NCBI GenBank assembly: GCA_964646765.1
Contig: CAZYIA010000003.1
Coordinates: 66,815-130,814, forward strand
Source of the DNA: an uncultured Candidatus Saccharibacteria bacterium
Lineage (GTDB): Bacteria; Patescibacteriota; Minisyncoccia; Phycocordibacterales; UBA9973
Reading direction: 5' to 3'
DNA length: 64,000 bases
Shown here: piece by piece, positions 57,507-64,000 of the stretch
Layout: each line of letters starts with the position of its first letter
Position numbering within the stretch: position 1 is the first letter of the stretch
Notes under the pieces: generated by a model
The model's database searches: none
Told to the model about the DNA's origin: nothing
What the model saw: only the letters and a program-made list of their open reading frames with translations
Translations under genes and position numbers: made by a program

Positions 57507-58018
57507 ACGCACGCATTCCAGTCGTTAATGAACAAGATGAAGTAATTGGCTACCGTATTCGCCGAGAATTGCAACCTGGCGATATTTTTCGAGTCACTGG
57601 TCTTTGGATTTATGATACCGAAGGTACTATTTTACTAGCTCGTCGAGCGGAAACTAAAGCGCTCCATCCAGGTTTATGGGCCCTTGGCGTTGCCGGGACT
57701 GTTGAAGAAGGGGAAACATATGACAGTAATATCGTGAAAGAAATGGGAGAAGAAATTGGCCTTACAGGTTACACCCCAACGTTCTTAAATAAAGAATTAC
57801 GCGACACTCCAGTGAAGGGGCTTCGTCGGTTTGCTTCGCACTACGCGGTGACTATCCCGCACGATTACCCATTTAAATTAAAGGAAGATGAAGTGGCAGA
57901 AGTTAAATGGTTCACCCCATCTGAAATTGACCAAGCAGTAACCGAGCATCCTGAATTATTTGTGCCAACATTTGTTTTGTACTATAAAGATTTTCTCTAT
58001 GCGGATTCCCATCGTTAA
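57503..58018 (+). CDS. NUDIX-family hydrolase (paralog 1)
   Basis: IPVVNEQDEVIGY...LLARRAETKALHPGLWALGVAGTVEEGETYDSNIVKEMGEEIGL (Nudix box). Confidence 0.7.
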   Translation: MNARIPVVNEQDEVIGYRIRRELQPGDIFRVTGLWIYDTEGTILLARRAETKALHPGLWALGVAGTVEEGETYDSNIVKEMGEEIGLTGYTPTFLNKELRDTPVKGLRRFASHYAVTIPHDYPFKLKEDEVAEVKWFTPSEIDQAVTEHPELFVPTFVLYYKDFLYADSHR

Positions 58019-58553
58019 TGAACAAGATGAAATAATTGGAGAGGAGGAGCGCGCAGTCATTCACCGTGATGGTTTACGACATCGGGAGATTCACGTATGG
58101 CTCGTTACTCCTCAAAAAGAATTTATCTTCCAAAAACGAGGTCCTCATCAAGATACCTGGCCCGGATATTTAGACGTTACCGTTGGGGGACATGTTGATA
58201 CTAAAACTGAATCATACGAAGAGTGTGCGAAACGAGAACTGTATGAGGAGACAGGGACGAAACTACCGATTACTCTTATCATAAAGCGTTATTCAGAAAG
58301 TTATGATCCAAATACTCAAACCAAGAACCACGCTTTTCGTGCCGTATTCGGGGCGATTTATACGGGAGCATTACATGATTTAAAAGTTGAAGAGGGTAAT
58401 GGTCAAGGTTTTATAAAATATTCCCTCGAAGAATTGAAATCTCTATCAGAAGAAGATAGAAAGAAATTTATTCCGCGATATTTTACCGAAGCTTATTTTG
58501 ATTTATTTCAGAAAATTATAACTACTCTTTTTAGTCATGAATCTCAAAATTAA
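57999..58553 (+). CDS. NUDIX-family hydrolase (paralog 2, tandem duplicate)
   Basis: IPIVNEQDEIIGE...FQKRGPHQDTWPGYLDVTVGGHVDTKTESYEECAKRELYEETG (canonical Nudix box). Confidence 0.7.
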   Translation: MRIPIVNEQDEIIGEEERAVIHRDGLRHREIHVWLVTPQKEFIFQKRGPHQDTWPGYLDVTVGGHVDTKTESYEECAKRELYEETGTKLPITLIIKRYSESYDPNTQTKNHAFRAVFGAIYTGALHDLKVEEGNGQGFIKYSLEELKSLSEEDRKKFIPRYFTEAYFDLFQKIITTLFSHESQN

Positions 58554-58959
58554 AAAACTGAAACCGGAAGCTAAACTTCCTCGCTATGCGCATCCTGGCG
58601 ATGTTGGTTTGGATTTGTTTGCCATGGAAACAGTAACGATTGCTCCAGGCGAGCACTATCGTTTTTGGCACGGTTTCGCGCTTGAATTTCCAGAAGGTTT
58701 CGCCGCGTGTGTGATGGATAAATCGAGCATTTCAAAAGCAGGGCTTAAAACCATGGGCGGTGTATTTGATGCTGGCTACAGAGGTGAATACAATACACAC
58801 TTAGTAAACCTTGGAAAAGAAGCGTACACATTTGAAGCAGGTGATAAAGTTGCTCAATTAGTTATTTTCCCAGTTGCACAGGCCAACATTGAAGAGGTGA
58901 GTGAGCTCACAGAATCATCTCGTGGTGAGGGAAGCTTTGGTTCCACAGGGAAAAAATAA
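58537..58959 (+). CDS. dut: dUTP diphosphatase
   Basis: dUTPase motifs AHPGDVGLDL, GVFDAGYRGE, RxxQLV and the C-terminal SSRGEGSFGSTG motif V. Confidence 0.9.
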   Translation: MNLKIKKLKPEAKLPRYAHPGDVGLDLFAMETVTIAPGEHYRFWHGFALEFPEGFAACVMDKSSISKAGLKTMGGVFDAGYRGEYNTHLVNLGKEAYTFEAGDKVAQLVIFPVAQANIEEVSELTESSRGEGSFGSTGKK

Positions 58960-58980
58960 AAAGTCTGGTACAATTTAGGT

Positions 58981-61900
58981 ATGTCCAGTCTGTGGGGCGT
59001 CCTCGTTAGGTATAAAACACTCGTTGTTACTTTGAGTGTGGTTTTTCTGTATTCCGGAAGTGTCGCTCTTGCTGCAATGACGTATGTTGCACCCGGAGCA
59101 ACCACTGATCCTGCTGGAACTCCTGGGAACTATACTGTTGGCCCGCTTCTCTCTTACGGCTTTACCGCAACTTCGGGTCACAATAATGAAGCTCTCTACA
59201 TTGATGGGTCAGGAAACGTGGCAAGCGATCCGCTGTTCTATCGCTACTCAAGTACTGGTGATTTTGGTGTTGCTGGAAGTTTTGCAACGAATGAAATGGC
59301 CGCACTTAATTTAAATAGCAACAAGCAACAGGCTAGTTTAATGTATCAAAATACCGTAACTGGCGAACGAGCCCAGTATAGTGCAGGTGGCGGCGGATCT
59401 ATTGGTCTTGAGGCATCCTATGAAGACGGGGGGAACATGCTTAATACTTTTGACATGAACGCAAATGCTACGACACTTACCTGGGATCCAGATACTACTG
59501 ATGGTGTAACCACAAAAATTATTCAGTCGCAAAATGGGAGCGCATTTGCTGTTCCAGGAACATTTCTTTTATGGGACGATACAGCAGCAAATATTGAAGG
59601 GGCAATTGGGGTAGCTGATACTACAGCGCTGGGCGGTACACCAGGAACAGCCGCAATGACTAGTCGGAATACTGCAACGGGGAATATTGCTAGTTGGAAT
59701 ACAACCTATGATCCTGGACTCGGTGAAGCAGATGCTTCTGGGAGTGCTCAGAATGGTTCCACAATTGCCGTTATTGATTTAAATAGTACCCATTCAAATT
59801 TTGTTTTTTCAAACGATGGAGGTTCTACCTATTCATTAGTACAAGCTGAGGCAAGCAAGTCCTATATGGGGGTTAATACTGGTATTGCCCTATATCAGGC
59901 CATGATCAACTCATCAGGCAGTTTTAAAGTGAAAGATTCAGTACTCGACCAGCATGTGCTTGAGGCTAATGTTTCCAACTTTCATTTTGCAGTTGGAGAT
60001 CTCGATGAGGCAGTAAATAAAACTATGCTTACTCTCGATGACTTCAGTCGAGCAATTACATTTAGTTACGGTACAGGTACTCACGATTGGTATACATTCC
60101 CAGTTGGTGATGGAAATTCTGGCGAGGTATTAATGACTGACGGGAATGGACAGTTAAGTTGGGGAATCCCAGCAAGTAGCGGTTGGTCTCTTTCGGGTAA
60201 TACCGGAACAACTTATGGAACAAATTTTTTAGGAACAATTGATTCTGAAAATTTGCAGTTTCGAGTAAATAATCAACCATCTGGAATGATCGAGTGGCAG
60301 GGTACTTCTAATACTGGTTTTGGTTATTCAACCCTCACGAGTATTGTTTCGGGAGCTCAAAATGCGGCGTTTGGAATTTCGGCATTACAAAACAATCAGA
60401 ATGGTTTATTTAATTCAGCAATCGGAGCTTTTTCTTTATTCTCAAATACCGATGGTGATGAAAATACTGCAGTTGGTGCATATTCTCTCTATTCAAACCT
60501 TGCGGACTATAACGTTGCGGTAGGTCGATCAGCATTGACCACCAATACAACTGGTTCGAGCAACACAGCTATTGGACATCAAGCAGGGTATTCAATTACA
60601 TCTGGAAGTAATAATACTCTTGTTGGTTTTCATGCTGGTTACAATCAACAGACCGCTTCAAATAATATTGCTATCGGACGAGAAGCATTATTTGGATCCG
60701 GAACTCTCGCGAATAATACAGGAGCTTATAATATTGCAGTGGGATACCATTCTGGATATGCAAACTCTACAGGTAATTACAATCTATTTGCTGGATATAA
60801 TGCTGGTAGTGTAAATGATATAGGTTATGAAAACGTTTTTTTAGGGTATCAATCCGGATCGAATAATAGTAACGGTGGGCAAAATACATTTATAGGGCCT
60901 TCATCGGGTTATGCAAACACCTCGGGAAGTAATAACGTGTTTGTTGGAAATGGGGCTGGAAATGACAACAATAGTGGATTCTTTAATACCTACCTTGGAT
61001 CACAGGCGGGGAATCACACTACTTCTGGCTGGGAAAATACTGCAGTCGGAACATATGCAGGTGCCGCCAATACTACTGGAAAGACGAATATTTACGTAGG
61101 ATATCAGGCTGGTGCAAACGTTACCACCGGTAGTAGTAATATTATTATCGGACATGATATTAACGCTCCTTCTGCAACTACTGATGGCCAACTTTCAATT
61201 GGTAATCTCATTTTTGGTACCAATGTTGATGGTACCGGTACAACCATCTCAACCGGAAATGTTGGTATTGGTTTAAATAATCCGTCATATCGTCTTGATG
61301 TAAAAGCAAACTCTGGAGATGATGTTGCTCGATTCCAAGGTTCAACTGGCTCAGTTGCCTGTACGCTTTCTGGCGCAAACGGAATTATTAACTGTTCATC
61401 AGACCAACGACTAAAGAAAGATATAACATCCTTAGATACGACAACGCTCGGTAAGATTCTTTTACTCAACCCAGTAACATACCACTGGAATCAAGAAGAT
61501 TCTTCAGTAGCTCCTCATGCAGGTTTTATTGCTCAAGAAGTACAACAAGTATTTCCAGAACTTGTTGGGACAGATAAAGATACAGGATATCTCACGCTCT
61601 CTACCGTTGGGATGACGCCGTACATTGTTGAAGCAATTAAAGAAATCAATATGAAGATTAAACCTCTCGAAGATCTTCTATCTCAAGAAAATTCTTTTGC
61701 TGATCTACTGCGTACGTTCTTTGCAACAGCGGAGAATGGTATCGGTGATTTCTTTGCGAGCCGCGGGATGTTTAAAGAATCAATTTGTGTTGATGGAGAA
61801 TGTCTTACGAAAGACGATATTCATGCTCTTCTTCTACAAGCACGTGGAGGAACAACGGTAACTACAACGAACTCGGGAGGAGAGGAAGGAACAAACACTG

Positions 61901-62100
61901 ATAGTGGTAATACCACGGGAACTACTAATGGAGATGGCGGACAAGTCACTCCAACTGATACTGGAGGAACTACAGGAAATGATACTGACGTAACATCCAA
62001 CGATACAAGCTCTTCTGGAGATACTGGAATTTCTTCTGATACAGGTACTACTGGCGATACAGGAGGAGCGTCTCTTGATGGAGGTGAAGTAAGTTCATAG
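58981..62100 (+). CDS. Large secreted tail-fibre-like protein with repetitive fibre repeats and C-terminal peptidase-S74 intramolecular-chaperone (endosialidase chaperone) domain
   Basis: N-terminal signal-anchor. Long array of NTAxG/NNxxxG heptad-like fibre repeats (SNTAIGHQAGY...NNTLVGFHAGY...NNIAIGREAL...). Hallmark SDQRLKKDI ... GFIAQEVQQVFPELV chaperone motif. Thr/Gly/Asp-rich C-terminal tail. Confidence 0.75.
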   Translation: MSSLWGVLVRYKTLVVTLSVVFLYSGSVALAAMTYVAPGATTDPAGTPGNYTVGPLLSYGFTATSGHNNEALYIDGSGNVASDPLFYRYSSTGDFGVAGSFATNEMAALNLNSNKQQASLMYQNTVTGERAQYSAGGGGSIGLEASYEDGGNMLNTFDMNANATTLTWDPDTTDGVTTKIIQSQNGSAFAVPGTFLLWDDTAANIEGAIGVADTTALGGTPGTAAMTSRNTATGNIASWNTTYDPGLGEADASGSAQNGSTIAVIDLNSTHSNFVFSNDGGSTYSLVQAEASKSYMGVNTGIALYQAMINSSGSFKVKDSVLDQHVLEANVSNFHFAVGDLDEAVNKTMLTLDDFSRAITFSYGTGTHDWYTFPVGDGNSGEVLMTDGNGQLSWGIPASSGWSLSGNTGTTYGTNFLGTIDSENLQFRVNNQPSGMIEWQGTSNTGFGYSTLTSIVSGAQNAAFGISALQNNQNGLFNSAIGAFSLFSNTDGDENTAVGAYSLYSNLADYNVAVGRSALTTNTTGSSNTAIGHQAGYSITSGSNNTLVGFHAGYNQQTASNNIAIGREALFGSGTLANNTGAYNIAVGYHSGYANSTGNYNLFAGYNAGSVNDIGYENVFLGYQSGSNNSNGGQNTFIGPSSGYANTSGSNNVFVGNGAGNDNNSGFFNTYLGSQAGNHTTSGWENTAVGTYAGAANTTGKTNIYVGYQAGANVTTGSSNIIIGHDINAPSATTDGQLSIGNLIFGTNVDGTGTTISTGNVGIGLNNPSYRLDVKANSGDDVARFQGSTGSVACTLSGANGIINCSSDQRLKKDITSLDTTTLGKILLLNPVTYHWNQEDSSVAPHAGFIAQEVQQVFPELVGTDKDTGYLTLSTVGMTPYIVEAIKEINMKIKPLEDLLSQENSFADLLRTFFATAENGIGDFFASRGMFKESICVDGECLTKDDIHALLLQARGGTTVTTTNSGGEEGTNTDSGNTTGTTNGDGGQVTPTDTGGTTGNDTDVTSNDTSSSGDTGISSDTGTTGDTGGASLDGGEVSS

Positions 62101-62136
62101 TTCGACAGGGAAGCATCATCCTGTTACTATAATCGC

Positions 62137-63846
62137 GTGCAGGAACAACTCCGAAAATATCTTGAAGAAACCCTTACAACGCTTGCCATTTCTGCAGGTG
62201 ACTTTGTTATTGAGCATCCAGCTGATATGGCTCACGGTGACTACTCAACCAATGTGGCACTAGCGACCGCAAAAAAGGTTGGGAAAAATCCACGTGAACT
62301 TGCCCAAAAAATTACTGAGACGCTTATAGAAAAACAGTATCCGGAAATTAAAGACGTCTCAGTTGCCGGTCCTGGATTCATCAACATCACACTTACTCCA
62401 GAATTTTTCACTAACGCAACTAAAACTATTGTTGATGACGGTGTTACGTGGGGTCATAACAAAAAACTTTCAGGTAAGAAAATTATGGTTGAGTACACGG
62501 ATCCTAATCCGTTTAAACCATTTCATATTGGTCATTTGATGACGAACGCTATTGGCGAATCTCTTGCGCGTATTGTCGAATTTTCTGGTGCAACGACGGT
62601 GCGAGCAAACTACCAAGGTGATGTTGGCCAGCATGTGGCAAAAGCAATCTATGGACTCCAAAAAAATCCAATGCCAGAAGATATCACAACCGTTGCAAAA
62701 CAATCAGAATATATTGGTACTTGCTATGTGAAGGGGAGCGAGGCATACGAGAACGATCCAGAAGCAAAAAAAGAAATTGATCGTATTAACAAAGCAGTGT
62801 ACGAAAAGAGTGATCCGGAAATAAACAAGATGTATGACTGGGGAAGAAAAGTAACTCTCGAAGCGTTCGAAGACCTCTATGTTCTCCTAGGTACCAAGTT
62901 TAATCACTACTTTTTTGAGAGTGACATGGCGAAGAGCGGTACAGCTATTGTTCAAGCGAATGTTCCGAAAGTATTTGAAGAAAGCGATGGCGCTATTGTT
63001 TTTAAGGGAGAAAAGTATGATCCAAAGTTACATACTCGCGTTTTTATCAATGCAGCTGGCTTGCCAACGTATGAAACTAAAGAAATTGGTCTAACGAAAA
63101 CAAAATTTGAGAAGGAGCCTGATCTCGAGAAATCAATCGTTATTACTGCGGTTGAGCAGGGTGAGTACATGAAAGTTGTTACTAAAGCAATTTCACTACT
63201 CTATCCTGATATTGCGCCGCGCATGCAGCATATTACGCACGGCATGATGCGCTGGGCGCACGGGAAGATGAGTTCACGAAAAGGGAATGTGGTTACCGGT
63301 GAATCTCTTATTCATGACTCCTGCGAAATTATTTTTGAGAAAATTAAAGATCGTGAGTTTAGTGAAGAAACTCAGAAACATATTGCTGAGGCTGTTGGTA
63401 TTGGTGCAATTAAATATTCTATTCTTCGTCAGGCAATTGGCGGCGATATTATTTACGATATGGAGAAATCGTTTTCGTTTGAAGGTGATTCTGGCCCGTA
63501 TCTTCAGTATGCAACTGTTCGAGCAAAATCAATTTTAGAAAAAGCAAAAGTTGCTGGCATTACTCCGCTCGCTAAACCTCTCGATTGGCAAGTTACTTCT
63601 CTCGAGCGATACCTCTATCGTTTTCCTGAAGTTGTTGAGCGGGCACTTACAGACTTAGAACCCCATCATATTGCTACGTACTTAATTGAACTTTCAAGTT
63701 TGTTCAATGCTTTTTATGCTAATCACCAAATCATTAATGTGGAAGATGCGCATTCACCGTATAAGGTTGCTTTAACCAACGCTTTTGCCATTACGATGGA
63801 AAATGGTCTCAAACTCCTTGGTATTCGGGTGCCAACAGCAATGTAA
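62137..63846 (+). CDS. argS: Arginine--tRNA ligase
   Basis: Class I HIGH-type motif region (PNPFKPFHIGHL), KMSSR (KMSKS equivalent), and an anticodon-binding DALR domain at the C-terminus. Confidence 0.9.
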   Translation: MQEQLRKYLEETLTTLAISAGDFVIEHPADMAHGDYSTNVALATAKKVGKNPRELAQKITETLIEKQYPEIKDVSVAGPGFINITLTPEFFTNATKTIVDDGVTWGHNKKLSGKKIMVEYTDPNPFKPFHIGHLMTNAIGESLARIVEFSGATTVRANYQGDVGQHVAKAIYGLQKNPMPEDITTVAKQSEYIGTCYVKGSEAYENDPEAKKEIDRINKAVYEKSDPEINKMYDWGRKVTLEAFEDLYVLLGTKFNHYFFESDMAKSGTAIVQANVPKVFEESDGAIVFKGEKYDPKLHTRVFINAAGLPTYETKEIGLTKTKFEKEPDLEKSIVITAVEQGEYMKVVTKAISLLYPDIAPRMQHITHGMMRWAHGKMSSRKGNVVTGESLIHDSCEIIFEKIKDREFSEETQKHIAEAVGIGAIKYSILRQAIGGDIIYDMEKSFSFEGDSGPYLQYATVRAKSILEKAKVAGITPLAKPLDWQVTSLERYLYRFPEVVERALTDLEPHHIATYLIELSSLFNAFYANHQIINVEDAHSPYKVALTNAFAITMENGLKLLGIRVPTAM

Positions 63847-64000
63847 CAAGGCGTGAGATAGACTCGTTATATGTAGCAGAACAACGTTGTTCGTAAACAG
63901 GTTATGCCTTGTGAGCATAGCCTGTTTCTTGCTTTTTTACTCTTACTCCCTATACTTTAAGAAAGCGATACAGGAGCTATCACTCCTGTGCTCCGGAAAG

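Noticed and set aside
57503-58553. Calling the tandem NUDIX genes isopentenyl-diphosphate isomerase (type 1 IDI)
   Set aside because: Both carry a Nudix box and an N-terminal IPVVNEQDE segment resembling IDI. The IDI-specific catalytic Cys/Glu and metal-binding His pattern is not clearly present. I kept the generic NUDIX call.
1-64000. CRISPR arrays, integrons, transposases or integrases
   Set aside because: I found no short direct-repeat/spacer periodicity and no ORF with transposase or integrase motifs. The only mobility hint is the tRNA 3'-end repeat at 19474-19488.

Overview
This 64-kb window looks like part of a small streamlined bacterial genome, most likely a Candidate Phyla Radiation / Patescibacteria (Parcubacteria-like) organism. 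GC is about 41-43 % and coding is dense on both strands with short or overlapping intergenic regions. It encodes giant GLUG-repeat surface proteins, a class F sortase, and a nucleotide-interconversion gene set where de novo biosynthesis genes would normally sit. I see no transposase or integrase genes, CRISPR arrays or rRNA genes.

Contents, in order:
- 3' part of an RluA-family pseudouridine synthase, rplS, and tRNA-Leu(GAG).
- A locus of three consecutive giant secreted proteins (1410, ~1220 and ~766 aa). Each has a signal peptide and GLUG (GGLIG) repeats or beta-helix repeats. Gene 2 carries a LamG lectin domain and gene 3 a chitobiase-C-like domain. All three end in a near-identical peptidoglycan-binding module.
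- A MsbA-like ABC exporter, DMT transporter, pterin-4a-carbinolamine dehydratase, a VKOR-fusion membrane protein, and tRNA-His(GTG).
- A Cys-rich repeat surface protein next to a class F sortase.
- Nramp, Na/Pi and LOG-family genes.
- Class Ia RNR nrdAB, followed by an unusual 27-Cys protein.
- A MacAB-like efflux module with FKBP and a metallophosphoesterase, pyrD (class 2) and a SIMPL protein.
- secE-nusG-rplK, with rplA not following.
- yhhQ and a RibD_C / CofE-like / ATP-grasp triad.
- A thymidylate-centred nucleotide cluster: dCMP deaminase, MazG, HAD, folA, thyA, NUDIX, glyA, tmk, two NUDIX genes and dut.
- Two Bacteroidota-type T9SS C-terminal-domain proteins in compositionally atypical islets.
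- A DEAD-box helicase with an N-terminal RGG tail.
- A 1039-aa tail-fibre-like protein with a peptidase-S74 intramolecular-chaperone domain, and argS.

The strongest signal not explained by protein genes is a pair of about 75-nt conserved, covarying structured-RNA cores. Each lies directly after a tRNA gene and its terminator (1333-1560 and 19328-19500) and is associated with tRNA-derived fragments.
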